Positions 21,940 to 35,850 of a stretch of 61,232 nt of DNA are shown here, piece by piece; within the stretch, counting starts at the first letter, position 1; each line of letters starts with the position of its first letter. The position numbers and the translations under genes were made by a program. The stretch is taken from the NCBI RefSeq assembly GCF_001194135.2, contig NC_068983.1, positions 101,601,190 to 101,662,421 of the forward strand, given 5' to 3'. The stretch is from Octopus bimaculoides (Eukaryota). The notes under the pieces were generated by a model. It was not told the DNA's origin, ran no database searches, and worked only from the letters and a program-made list of their open reading frames with translations.

Positions 21940-23660
21940 ATTTAATTTCCGAACATTGAGAATAGAAGAATAGCGTAGTGAGCATTAGTAGAATACAATT
22001 GTCGAACGCTTTATAAAACTTGTTCTTATAGTCCTGGTTTATTATACCAGAATATAGATTTTACAGAATGTTATTTTCGAACTGTGCACTATGAGACGCA
22101 GCTAACATGGTGGTTTGCTGCTGCTACATTACAATTTCACCGAATCCATATGAAATCGCAATATTTAATACTATTATAAACACGACAGCTGTACTTAAAC
22201 ACTGCTGGCTCTCTTTGGCTATATTGCCGGTTTCCATTTTAGACCAGATCATGGTGAAGCGATTAAAAGTTGTTCGTAACGGAAGGATGTACGGGGAGCA
22301 TGACATGGCTGTACGAAGGAAAAGTGGTCCCAACAGTTTACTATGGGACGACGTGTGCCCAGCGGATTATTAATTGTTATTATTAATACCTCACTTGCTC
22401 TTCATATTTCTGTTTCAAACATTTTGCCACTTATTGAAGGACCTTACTAGTATCATTCTTACTAGCTAATCTTTTAAACAGTTTTGTCTTTCTACATACA
22501 AAGGTGAGTCGAAATTTTGTAATTTTCTTTTCTTTAACCTTTTACTTTTATTGAAGTTACTTCAAAGTCTATTTAAGAAGCGAAATATTAACATCGGTGG
22601 ACATTCTTAATATAACGAAAATTTAGAATGGCTAATTAGTGTTTTCTGGGTTCGAACTGTAAATATATGTGACCGTTTGACACACTTAACGTAAAGGCGT
22701 GTACATGTTTATATTGTTCTGTAACTCTGAACAGTTTTTCAAAATCAGCTATTTCTTCCTCTAACCCGTAATCATACTATCAGTCTCTTACTGTGCTACA
22801 GATAAGATATTTCATTTTCCGAAAGAGCATCACGCCACTTCAGTACACATTCCAAATCTGGTACTGAAACTATCTGCAGTTGTCGAGTTGTTGACATAGA
22901 CATTTATTCCTAACTGTTTTCGAACAATTCCTCTTTTAGGACCTTTATTCGCCTTTTCATACAATCTATTTTATGATCATACTACGGATCATACTTCTAA
23001 AGTAACTTCGCTAGCCTCCCCAGTACTGTTACCGTAATTGTATTTTCGTTTACATCCATTCCATTCACAATTTGTATCCTACTCATCTTATCAATGCACC
23101 CACCTTTATGTGTTTCTAATTTCGGAAACTTAAACCTCGTTAACTTTAATTTAATATTACTTAGCATTTTATCCCTTTATCATTAACTTGTTTTTGCTAA
23201 CTGAAACGATATGCTTAATCCATTCTGTCAAAGTTTTACCGTTTTTTTTTCTTTCAAGCCGAGCGCTTGATTATAAAACTAATAAACGAAAAAGTATTTT
23301 TATTTTGTAACTTCTGTCCTTGCAAGTTTTCAAAAATTTTGTGCGATTAGTAAGTTAAAAAGTCGTTGATATATTTTCTTGAAGCCTACCAGGCCGATGT
23401 TTTCATGTGTAATGAAGTTAGGTATTCAAAACAAAGTAGCAGTTATTAATTAACACGCTGTTTTGTAATGTAATGCATGCCTGCATTAGATCAACACTGC
23501 ACTTAATTCGAATTACCATTGGTGATTTTCAAGCTTGTTCTTATGTACGAATAATCAGGATGGAATATATTTTCATTCAATATGAAATAAATCTCCCCTC
23601 CCTCCATCAAAAAAATAAAAAAGAAAAAAAAATCTCTCGAAACTTTCGGGAAATGTGTTA
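21940..23660. promoter_or_regulatory. CpG-retaining, repeat-free block: probable unmethylated promoter / first-exon region, possibly bidirectional
   Basis: About 50 CpG in 1.75 kb by eye, versus about 3 in 32161-33000. Consensus + strand donor AAG|GTGAGT at 22503/22504. Confidence 0.55.
22141..22237 (-). CDS. Candidate signal-peptide-coding exon
   Basis: ATG at 22237 reads METGNIAKESQQCLSTAVVFIIVLNIAISYGF, then a phase-1 donor G|GTGAAA. Hydrophobic core present; phase-compatible with the 19770 acceptor. No homology support. Confidence 0.3.
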
Positions 23661-25666
23661 TGAGTTTTCCACTTTGTTATCTTCAGGCAAGCCTCATAAA
23701 TGCAAGCAAAAATAATATTTTTGCATAGCTTTTGTATAGTAGAATTGAAATAACTATGAATAAATGCCTTTCTCAGAATTGTAAATAGTTCTGCAAAGAC
23801 AAACAAATATTCATTTCAAATTGAAAGCAGTTGGTTTACCAAGAGATGAATTATTAATGATATTTTATTCAATTTCATTTTTAGTTATAAGCAGGCATTC
23901 GGCGTGCCTAAGTGTTCTTCACCAGTTTTGTCAATAATTCTAATATTGATGTATATTGAGAAAAGGCAATTAATTTTGTCTTTTAATTCTATATGATTTA
24001 CTATTAACATGAGGTCAGGCTGACCCGAAAGCTTCAGTTACAACTGCAATAAAATATAGGCCCTTATTGTTTTATTATTGTTAGGAACTGAAAATTAATG
24101 ATACTCATGTGGTTTAGTTGACAGAAAATTCTATTGTTATCTGCTACTTTTATATATTCATCTCATTCATAAGGGCTTAGATGTAGTGGATAATTTCTAG
24201 TCAACGAAATTTCTGTAGATTCCTAAATAATTGTAATTAAGTCCTAGAAATTGTTATTGTTTTTTTTTAAGGCAGTTGTTGGGAAGCATGGTTTCAAATA
24301 CAAAGGATTGTTTCTTGTTGCAGTTAGGCACCATTTTTCTCTTCCTCTCACATGTTTTTGAATTTAACTTGTTCGAGTATTGTTTAACTTTTGTAGTGAT
24401 GGAAGTTTGTTTTGAATTCAGAGTGGCCTAAAAAATCTGTTGACTGAGCTAAATAAAAAAAGGGTCTTAGTAATTCTATTTATATACCTCACCTCGTCAT
24501 GTGCTGAATATAGAAACACTAGACATCTAATTTTGAATGTTAATATTTCAGATGTACTACACTAGCAGCAGAGACCAATAAAATGGAGTAAAAATCCTGT
24601 AAATTGGGCTGAATCAGCTGACATCATATAATGATATCATAGATTAGTTGTATGTTTTTCTGTTTCCAGGTGGCATAGTTTTAGAAATGAAGCTTCATAT
24701 ATGGCCAAGTTGTTATAGTGGATAACCAACTGTAGGCATGGTGATTTCGTATCCTATTACAGATGTATAGTATCCATAACCAAGACACTTAGCACTCAGT
24801 AGCCTAATTTAACTATCTATAAGTAGGTACCAAAAGGTAGTATAATTAGCCGATGTGAGCAGTGACAGTACTGTATTGCTGATGAGTGTTTCATTGGCTT
24901 CTAATGTCAAAAGGGTGTTGAGTACTACAAATCTAATTTACAAATTTGTTTTGTATGCTTAAATGTGCCATAGTTTCTGCCTCTCAAACATGAAAATGCA
25001 AAAGTTTTATTATCATTACTTTTTGGGTTAGCAAAGTAAAGCAGCAGTGTAAATAACTCTTCAAATGTGAAACGTAAACAGTGGGATTAATTATTTTTGT
25101 TAATGCTTTATCAACTGCACTATGAATTGACAGTGTTTCTTTCGTAGAGGTAAACACAATACATACGAAAATTTGCTCTGATGACCTTGTGTGTGGTCAG
25201 TGATCGACTTCTTTCATTTTTTGAGAATATTTGTTGCGGGCATAAATTACATGGTCTCAGGTTTAATCCCACTTTGTAGTCCCTTGGGTAAGTGTCTTCT
25301 AATATAATTTTGTGTCATCCCTAGACAGAAACTGTGCAAAAGTAACATCAGCATGTACCTGCTCTCTGATGGTAAACCTGATCTATCTTTCTGTTGAACC
25401 GTTTCTGCCTGACCATGAACGCCTTTTGTAGAAACCACTCTTTTGGAAGCATTAGGCCAGGTTTCCTGCCTGAAAATAACTTACAAACTTACAGTGCTGC
25501 TTTCCTTTGTTAATTGAAGAATAAAAGAAAAATGTCTTTTGTTAGAATCACTTTTTGTGGGAATGTATTATCAGTGATCTTTGATGTTGAGGTAGTATTG
25601 ACAGACAGTCAGGTATGGTAATGGTTGGAGGTTAGACAATATATACACATACACACACACACATGC

Positions 25667-25702
<36 letters not shown>

Positions 25703-26150
25703 NNNNNNNNNNNNNNNNNNNNNNNNNNNNNNNNNNNNNNNNNNNNNNNNNNNNNNNNNNNNNNNNNNNNNNNNNNNNNNNNNNNNNNNNNNNNNNNNNN
25801 NNNNNNNNNNNNNNNNNNNNNNNNNNNNNNNNNNNNNNNNNNNNNNNNNNNNNNNNNNNNNNNNNNNNNNNNNNNNNNNNNNNNNNNNNNNNNNNNNNNN
25901 NNNNNNNNNNNNNNNNNNNNNNNNNNNNNNNNNNNNNNNNNNNNNNNNNNNNNNNNNNNNNNNNNNNNNNNNNNNNNNNNNNNNNNNNNNNNNNNNNNNN
26001 NNNNNNNNNNNNNNNNNNNNNNNNNNNNNNNNNNNNNNNNNNNNNNNNNNNNNNNNNNNNNNNNNNNNNNNNNNNNNNNNNNNNNNNNNNNNNNNNNNNN
26101 NNNNNNNNNNNNNNNNNNNNNNNNNNNNNNNNNNNNNNNNNNNNNNNNNN

Positions 26151-26187
<37 letters not shown>

Positions 26188-28399
26188 CATATGATGGATA
26201 AAAGATTGTCATAAACTTAAGGAAGACTTGGAAGGAATTATGCAGATCAGATGTTAGACATCATTGATAAAGATTAGCAAAGATTGAGACATCAGCATAG
26301 ATACTGGGCCATAGACTTAACTGATACCACAATGGAAAACCAGTCATTAAAATAATATTTTACTACCTTTCTCTGTTGCTGAGGTTTAGATATATCATCT
26401 TAGTTGCTGTCATCATTTAGTTTATAGTCAACTTGTCATATAAATCAGCTCATTTCAGTTAGTAGGCCAAATTTCCATTAGTCTCTTTTCTTCTTTTTTT
26501 TTTTCAATTCCAATTACCATGAATTTCTAGCTTTAAGTAGCTTACATATTCTTTCCAAGTGACCATACTACCTATGTGATGTGAGTATTTTTATATAAAT
26601 TTCTCTCATATATCATTTAGGTTTAAGTGTGAGAAAGGTCTAGGTAAGTGATCAGACTCTTGAAAAACAGCTTCAACTTCAATTTGCAGATGGGAATTAA
26701 TTTTCTTAGTTCAATGTTATTTTGAAAACTTGAGTCAAGATTATATTACAATTTCCTGCTTAAATTAATTTGCTTTCTGTTTTCAAGAAATCCATGAGAA
26801 AATTGTTAATTTTACTTACTGTTTAGTTTATTGTGTTTCAGGTTTATTCAATCTTGAATTTTCCTTTTCTATCTTGGTATACCTGTAAAGTTTACCAATA
26901 TAGTAGTGGTGGAGGCATGTGCTGTAACAGTGTGTCGCTGCATCCACCATTTGTTGGTGATTCCCTACACTTTTGCACCATGGAGGTGATAATCCTTCAA
27001 CCCATAGGTCTGTTTGAGTAGTCATTGTAGGTGAGGGTTTTACGAGGTTGAAGTGCAAATCCTACCTCAAACTCTTAGTTGACTTTTATGACATGCAGAG
27101 GAAACATTGGGTCTATTCTTTGATATGCTAGTCACTACACAGCACTAGAGCAAAACAATGTGTTTTGCACATGAACACAACATGCTGGGAATCAATTTGG
27201 TGATCATGAGTGCAACACTCTAACCACTAGGCCTGTCCCAATATAATCAATAGACTATTTCCAAATAGCAGGAGTATATTTTATGTTTGAGGGTTTTTAT
27301 TTTGACTTTGGTAATGTACTTTTCACTGTAAACCAAGTACAATAATTTTTTTGTTAAAATTTATGTAAAATTCTACAAGATTATAGAAACCATTATCAAC
27401 ATATGTAACTAACCAAATGGATGTTATTAATATGAAGTGTTGTAATTGGATTTTTAACTCTTTGGTATTGTTATATTTGGGAATGGCCATTTTCCCCCCT
27501 GCTAATTAACCACATGCCCTATGTATTCATTCTTCACTTCAGCCTTATTATTATTATTATTATTTTAGTGTTCTTTATCTGAAATCTTTTGTTACACATC
27601 TTGTGACCTTTTTTTTCCAACTCTCCATCCCACATGTCTCCTCCTGTTCGGTTTTGGTAGTGTCTTTTAGCTGTTTTCATATGTCATGTAGTTCATTGAA
27701 ATTTTTTTGTTGAAGACACTAGGATTAGTGAATAAAGTGGCTGGATTTCTATGTTTATTGTGCATTTGCAGATTAAATATGAAATTAGGGAAGAAAATAC
27801 ACTATTTTCAATTATAGCAATGGTAATTTTATGAGATATGTGGCAATTAATTTTTGATCCATATTGAAGAAAGGGGAAACTGTTCTTGGGATATCTAAGC
27901 ATGAGATATTAATCTGCAAATACTATATCTGACAATCACAGGTATCCTTGAACCGACAATTCAATGTCAGTATGGTTACTTGACATTGGTCAGTGTGGTT
28001 TAAAATAATAACCATATTACTCCCAAACTACATACACTACTATCTTAAATAAGGAAAGGATACATTGGATAATATGGCCCTTGATAGTTTGAAAAATAAG
28101 ATTGGTTGGCTATGACTAGAATGCCTTTGATCATAGACCTGCTTGAACAGAGTTTATCTGGGGCCTTTTCTTCACAAAGGCTAGATTTTTTTTCAAAGCT
28201 AGAAAATAATTTTTATCAATGATTAACTCTTTACAAAATACCTTACACTAAAATTTAATTCGCACATCTGGAACCGTGGTGGTGCACCAATCATAAATAC
28301 ATACATTATAAACTACATCATCCTAGAAAAGTTGTTTAAGTGTCTATACTAACCATCTGCCTGAAACCACTCATCTATCATTGAGCTGTGTTCTCACCT

Positions 28400-28800
28400 T
28401 GTCATATTCATTTTGCATTAGTAGATTTGGGTGGAATATGTTCATAAATCGCTTTGGTCTTGTGCTCTCTCCATGAGATGTTTTGAGCCTTCATGGCAAG
28501 CATGATGTACATACCACCAGCGTTTTCTTAAAGCTCCTTCATTGACTAGGTTTTGACTCCATAAAGAAGAATTTTCTCTACATATGCTTTAGAGAAGGCC
28601 AGCCTTGTTGACTTTGGAATATTTGATTATCAGATGTTTTGAAATTTGTTACAGACACTTCAGGCTTGTTTCTTGTGTATCAGGAAATCTTTTTTACTGC
28701 TAGCCACATAGAATCCTAGGTACTTGATATTGCTGACCTCCTTGAGTTGAGTGCCATTGTTGGAACAAATTAGCAGGTGGCTTTCAGGTGGTTTAATAGT
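28400..28800 (-). mobile_element. RTE-group LINE RT C-terminal fragment
   Basis: LKEVSNIKYLGFYVASSKKDFLIHK..STRLAFSKAYVEKILLYGVKT. Confidence 0.8.
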
Positions 28801-30029
28801 CCATCTTAATCTCACAGTTATTGTGCTTCAGTTTAACATGCTAAGGTAATAGATGAGTTGACACAAGATTAAGAGGAGTAACAATATATACTACAATGCA
28901 AATTCTTTCAACCCATGCCAGCATAGAAAAGAGAATGTTAAGATAGTGATTATGGTGATGTAATTAACACAATTTAAGTGAAGCAGTCACTTTACTATGG
29001 ATACTAGAATATATCTTTTGTTTTTGAAAGGTTCTATTTGTTTTGCCTGTGTATGTTTTGTCTATGTGGCTTTTGTTACAGAAATATTCTCATAATTTTC
29101 TAAAATACAACTGCACCAAATAACATAACTATTTTTAGTTGAACATTTTTGATTCTCAGTTTTAAAATAGAATCATATAATGTTATTTTTGTGTATAAAT
29201 TGTCTTTTGTGTCCATAATAAAACTATCTAGAGAATGCTTTTAAACTACATTATGTAAGTTTGTAATAATCATTGTTATAATCATCATAATCATTTTTTT
29301 ATTAACCTTATAATTATTTTTAACTCAACAATATTTCTGGAGTTCATTGTTAAACTAGAATGAAGTAATGTTATTTTTATGTTTAAGCTGCCCCTCTTAT
29401 ATCCATGGTAAACTGATCACAGGTATATTTTAATGTTGAAGTATAAATATATAATTTCACTGTTTCTTGTGTGTCTTGACTCTGTATTTCAATAGATAAA
29501 ATTTGCAGACTTCTGTATTTTATGAAGCCTGTTAATCCCCATCTGAAACTTATAGATAGTTAATTTTTTGTCTTTCTTTCTAAAAGAATAAAATAACATT
29601 TCATAAATAAATTGTGCCTTGAGTTTGATTATATTCATAGGAGAGGACAGTAGATTGGGAGATTTGATAGAGGGCACATAGATAAAAGGCCCTGGAGCTT
29701 CAAATTTGTCATTGTCAACTTCAATTAATCATCAGTCTCAATTTCATTATTTTCAGTCTTGATTATGTTGTTGACTTGATTTCATTATCAACAACTTAAA
29801 TGTCATTACTGTAGAAGGAAGTGTTTTCTTATAAACAGGGGTTGATATCAGTGATTACTTGTCACAGAATTGTAAGAGTGTAAACATTAAAAAGTTTTTT
29901 AGAGAATTTAAAGTTCTGTATAATAAAAATACTTGCATGTTACATTACCGTCAATATGCATATATTTAATGCATTAGATGTAAACTACCTGTATAGTTTT
30001 TCCATACAGTATCTTGTGATGCAGTTGGA

Positions 30030-31600
30030 CACATCATCACTGATGTTTCCTGGGGTCATTAGGTGTTTCAAGTGTTTGAAAATTGGATACTCTCACCCAG
30101 GTGGCCCAGCCAAGGTTGATTAAATCCCAGTCCATACCCAGTTAGCATTGCTCCTTTCACAGCCTTCACCTCTTGATTCACAGCTACCTTAAAGCAAGCT
30201 CTACTGCCTCCACAGGCCTTGATGGCCTTCTGCCTACTTGTTCCTGTGATGCACAGCATGTTGTAAACTCTCTGCAGAGAGGACTAACCTGCAAACCTCT
30301 ACATCTTGCCTCAATAGGATCATCTTTGCTTGCCACCCATTGCACTGGCATAGTTCCACCAGCCCAGTATCTTTCCTTCTTTTGCTCTTATTTGCCTCCC
30401 CAGTGTGATCCTCACAGGAAAAAGAAAGTTCTAATAGAACCACCTGCTTGGATGCTTCTGAGATCAGCATCCTATCCAGCCTTAGTGATATTGAAGTGAC
30501 AGTTCTGTGAACTACAGTTGCTTGCTCAGGTTGACCATTCAGCTCCCAATCTTTTGCTGTTGCATGTAGGCCCAGAGAGGCAGACCTGACAGCTAGCATC
30601 TTCATACTAGCCTTGACAAAGGTGATAATCTTCTTTGTAGAACAGAGGTGCTTGCTATGGCTAAACTCACTTTGGATGGTGTTGGCTATGACCATCAAAA
30701 TCTGATCATGCTTCCAGCAATAATGTCCCTTTCCCAGGACTTTTGGCCAGCTACTGAGGATATGCTCCAGGGTTCCTCTCTTCAGACACTGGAAAAGCTG
30801 GTGGCTTCAATTTTCCCTAGCTGAACAAGTTGGGTGGACTTGGTATGGTTGGCACTCTGTCAGTTACGACGACGAGGGTTCCAGTTGATCCGATCAACGG
30901 AACAGCCTGCTTGTAAAATTAACGTGCAAGTGGCTGAGCTCTCCACAGACACGTGTACCCTTAACGTAGTTCTCGGGGGAGTTTCAGTGTGACACAGAAT
31001 GTGACAAGGCTGGTTCTTTGAAATACAGGTACAACAGAAACAGGAAGATAGAGTGAGAGAAAGTTGTGGTGAAAGAGTACAGTAGGGTTCACCACCATCC
31101 CCTGCCGGAGCCTTGTGGAGCTTTAGGTGTTTTCGCTCAATAAACACTCACAACGCCTGGTCTGGGAATCGAAACCGCGATTCTATGACTACGAGTTCGC
31201 TGCCCTAACCACTGGGCCATTGCACCTACACTGGATGGACTTGGTAAGGTATCATAAACAGCCTAAATTAGACTTTTTATCTGGTGTTCTGCTCTCCAAA
31301 GGTCATACTTTACATGCTACCACTTTGTTCCATGTTAGCAAGGAGTCCTAGTGCCTCATCCCAGCTTCTGTTGGTTTGTTTCTCCTCAGTCAATGTTTGT
31401 ACCTCATTCTGGATCAATAGCTTCCTGTCCTTTCCTTTTACCTTGTCATCATGGGTGTTGTATTACTACTCAAGCCAGCCCTTCCATAAATTATAATGCC
31501 CAAGAGCACTCTGTATCTTACTCATGACTTCACCTTGATAGCCCCACTCCTGCTCTGCACATATTGGATGCTAGCAAGCCTATGGGGTCATTAAGAGAGA
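30030..31600 (-). mobile_element. HERO-type (R2/NeSL-group) non-LTR element 3' part: CCHC knuckle relic, restriction-like endonuclease, 3' UTR
   Basis: QCLKRGTLEHILSSWPKVLGKGHYCWKHDQ, LRLDRMLISEASKQVVLLEL..EANKSKRRKDTGLVELCQCNGW; tail ..ATGACCCCAGGAAACATCAGTGATGATGTGTCC. Confidence 0.85.
30846..31231 (-). mobile_element. tRNA-derived SINE family F nested in the HERO element
   Basis: A box TGGCCCAGTGGTTAGGGC, B box GGTTTCGATTCC; 15-bp TSD TGG(G/A)TGGACTTGGTA at 30831-30845 and 31232-31246. Confidence 0.9.
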
Positions 31601-33049
31601 ATGTGTGTTGTTTCAGGAGGTAGTATAGTAATGTAATTTTATACCTAATACACTAACTATGTATATTTATGGTAATGTAAGGTGTGACAATTTTTATTAT
31701 ACAAAATTTGTAATAGTTTACAAAACTTTTTACTGTTTATACTCTTTTACAATTCTTTGACAAGTAATCACTGATATCAATACCTGTTTATGAAAAAAAA
31801 AAAAATTTACTCTGCCCTACAGTGATGACATTTAAATTGAAGTTGAAGATGACAAAATCACGATAACATAATTGAGACTGAAAATAACAAAATTGATACT
31901 GACAACGATGAATTTGATATTGATACAACTTACGTTGATCAACGATAATTTGTGGAGGAAAACCTGTAGTTAAGTCTGTATGCTTTGAATTCAAATCCTC
32001 TAAGAATTGACTTTGCCTTTCATCCTTCCATAATTGATAAAAAAAAATATTATTGAAGCCCTGGGATTGATATAATCAACTGTCTACTCCCCCTACCCAC
32101 AACTTAAATAAAAAAAAATTGTGGCCTTGTGCCCATGTTAAGGAATCATTATTATAAATCATAGAAGTACAAGCATTCAGAAAGATATAGGAAATTGATC
32201 TTTTAAATGAAACCAATTTTGTATTATTTTATAAGAGTGCTTTTACTTTACCATTTGACTTCATGTTTCCTAAACTTTTCTTATCCTCATTTACTTCTGA
32301 GTAACTTTTATTCATTTTATTTATTTTGTGCACATACAACATATATGGAATTTAAAAATTAACATTTTATTTTTTCATGTATACATTTAAAAAAAAATTT
32401 GAATTCAGTATAAGTGAAAAATAGCATGTAATCATTTTTTCCCCAAGATAAGAAAATAAATTCTGTTTTGTTTCATATTTTACCTAGTGTAGTTTATATA
32501 ACGAGATGTTGCAGCACCATTAAAACTATTTTGGCAGCAGGAATTGGTTCAATTTCTTACTAATAAGCCAATTTATTTTTCTTTAAGAAACTAATAATTT
32601 TTGTTCACTTCACCAATTCTTGATTAAATGAAATATAAAGGTTTTCATTAAATGAATTTTCATCCATGAGATTTTTATTTCTCTGTGCTACATTTATTTT
32701 TATACACTAGTTTTGAGTGGATGGTGGATGGGTTTTGAAAATGTTGATACTTGCATATTTTAGCTGGATGCTTTTTACATTGCTAACTACTGGACTGAAC
32801 AATTTGGGGCTTATTTATTAGTTTGATTGAGGTAAAGGAGATTGATAAACATTGCATAAACACAGGAAATATTAACAAATCAAAATTAGTTTTGAATTAA
32901 AAAGATTATTTAGTCTTTCAGAAATTAGATGATGCCTCATATTCCGTCTAATATAGATAGCGTACCATATAAGAATGTAAGCCTTTCTTTACTTTTCTCC
33001 TCATGCTTGGTTACAATTTTTGTAATTTCTCTTTCATTCAACACTTTAA

Positions 33050-33247
33050 CCCTTTAGTATTCAGATTATTCTGTCAAATGTAACATTGTTTTGAATTAAT
33101 TATGCACTTTTTCATAGCTTTAAGATTTTGATGATGTGATTTTTTACTTTTAGGATTGCATTGTAGGGTAGGTGTGAGAGCTCAGAACTAGCCAGTTTGA
33201 ACATAAAACAGGTTGGGCCAGATAAGGTCAGCTTAAATGCTAAAGGG
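33050..33247. mobile_element. piggyBac-type MITE, second copy
   Basis: TTAA|CCCTTTAGTATT ... AATGCTAAAGGG|TTAA; body homologous to 4998-5204. Confidence 0.87.
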
Positions 33248-34829
33248 TTAAACACCTTCTCACACATACAGGTGGCATGTAGAAATTAGATGGTTGTCAG
33301 AAATCTGAAGTGCAGTTACATTTTCAATTGAATTTGTAACATGCATGCATACCTAATCAGATATAGAATAAGAAAAGAAAAATATTGCATATGGTAAAAA
33401 TATATTTTCAACTTTTAACTGCTGTTGAAATATGATACAATTCACTGTATTTTGAACAAGATATATAGTCATTGATACTATATTTCTTAGTGCTTTAGAA
33501 ATTATAGGCTGTAATTAGAAATGCACTTGGCTTGTCAAGGTTGTGAAGAATTTAGATTAACATGAATATTTCGTAATTGATGTCTTAACCATGCAACCAT
33601 ACTCTCAATTATCAAGGCACAATTCACGAATTGCTTTCTTCATTATTACTGTAATTGGTTCCTAAAAAATTTAATTTTTCTACACCAACCAGTGAAACAT
33701 TGTATATTTTAGTTGTCTCTCATCATTACTTTGGCAAGGATTCACTGATGAGATTATAATAAGGCCAAAATATGCCTAGATTTGTTTCTCATACTTGATA
33801 AAATAATTAATTTAATATCAGTCATTGACTAATATTGTTTTTTCATAACCATAAGTATTTCTGGTTAGCTTCTTAATGCTCACTGCATTAAATATGTTAG
33901 CATTAACTTAACTATTAATTTTAGGACTATATGAATAATTTAGGAGTCAGAAACATTGTTTGGTATTAAAGGTGCAAAAAAAGGATATTGATGAAGTACT
34001 AGTAACTGATTTTAACCAAATTAATTCAAGAAGATCAATAACATAACTTTTTAGGCAGAGCTGCAAATTGTGACACATAGATATAAATTGTAAAACACAA
34101 GTTTAATGCTCAATATGATCTTTTTATGATGTTTTTTGCACTACTGCCTTCACTGTCATTTGATGGTCTCTTTCTAGTTGTCTTGAATCAGGGTATTGTA
34201 CTTTACTCTTTGTGTTAGTAGTTAAATCCATACCAAGTAGTAAAACAATAGAATCCTAGGAAAATAGATGTTCTGCATCAGCAAAAAGTAGTTGTTTTAT
34301 TGCTTCAGCACAAAAATATAAATGTAAAAAAAAAAAAAAAATGGAAAGGGTAGATGTGAAGTGGGGGAGAGTTCTGTTTGATTAAAATTAGTAACAAGAC
34401 CCAGGTAGGTCAAATTGATATATTCAAAAACAAGTTAAGGGGATGCTGAAAAGGGAATAGGTAGATGTTGGTATGTTGAGGTCAGTGAAAAACAATGTTA
34501 GTTGAATTAGTGCATGCTCAAACATGATGAGGATGGAGGAGAATCATGTAGGCACTGGTAAGGTTTAAAAAAACACAACATATTCCCTGAATCATTGGTC
34601 ATGCATTACAATTTTCACAAAAAGCAGAATTCCATGATCAGAATTCCATTGTGTGGAGGTGTCTGTATGACATCATTGTTTTAATATCTCCTTTTCCATG
34701 CTTGTATGGATCAGATGAGAATGCTGAATTAGATTTTTCTGACAAGTTCCCCTTCTTATTGGCCAACCCCACTCTGTTTAGATCTAGCTCATCGTATTTT
34801 CTATCTGTTAGTGTTCTATTTAGAGTGTA

Positions 34830-35850
34830 TAGTAAAGATTAAACAAAAGGAAGATAAAGACTTTAAAGTGCAGCATATTTGCTTTGCTTGCTGCACAAAT
34901 TTCAGAAAGCAATAGGAATCATTTGCAATGTATATCCTGATGTAGTAAAAGCTTGTAAATGCTAACTGTAGTTTCAGAAGTTCAAAAATGGTGATTATGA
35001 TTTTTCTGATAAGTCTTCTTCTAGGAAATGAACCACTTTGGAGAACTACATTTTGAAGAAATGGCTGAATTAGATTCTCATGGAAACACCAGAGATTTGG
35101 TTTAGAAGTTGAATGTGTCACATTCAACAGTCAGCAAACATCTCACACAAGCTAGCAAAAAGTAAAAAGAGTGGATTTGGCTTTCTCATGAGCTTTCATA
35201 TGAGAACTAAATTCACTGTCCATCATCTGTATAAGTCAGTTGGCTAGAAATAATACTCTGTCATTCCTGCATCACATTGTTAAGGTGAAGTAAAATGGGT
35301 ACAGAATGTCAACTGCAAAAAAACAAAAAAAGACTAGAGAAATTTAGTGCTAACAGCGAAATCAGGAAGCCATCCACAGAATTCCTTGATATGCATTAAG
35401 TGGAGTGGAATAGGAATGGAGATGTACATTATATGGTACTGAAACAAAGAAACCTGTTTATAGCCAGAAATTAGATAATATAAATGAATCATTTCATCAA
35501 AGGTACCAGTTTTGAATAAACAGAAAAGTTGATATTCTCCAGTATGACAAAGGTTCACTCTGTAAAGCAAACCCATGACAAGATAAGGACTGTTGGGATA
35601 GGAAGTTTTCCATACATCTCATATTCACCAGGTTTAGCACCAACATAATACTATCAGTTGTTTCAGTCACTAGAGCATTTCATAAGAGCAGAACATTCAG
35701 AAACAAAGAAGATATTGAAACCAGTATTTTAATCCTTTTTCAGGAAAAGTACAGAACTTTTTAAATGAAGAAACAAAAATTTACCTTCCTTGTTAGTTTG
35801 CAGCCATTGATAATGATGGAGATTATATTATTGATAAAATAAACTTAACT
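34830..35850 (+). mobile_element. Old, heavily degraded mariner
   Basis: FQKFKNGDYDFSDK, KLNVSHSTVSKHL, WLSHELS, SPGLAPT-like segment, DNDGDYIID C-terminus; many stops and frameshifts. Confidence 0.75.

Noticed and set aside
31800-31960. Acidic D/E/N-rich stretch resembling a piggyBac N-terminus
   Set aside because: It has multiple stops, no TIR and no catalytic domain nearby.
34633-34820. About 60-codon open minus-strand frame (LNRTLTDRKYDELDL..HTMEF*)
   Set aside because: It abuts a mariner relic, has no recognisable homology, and this length is expected by chance.
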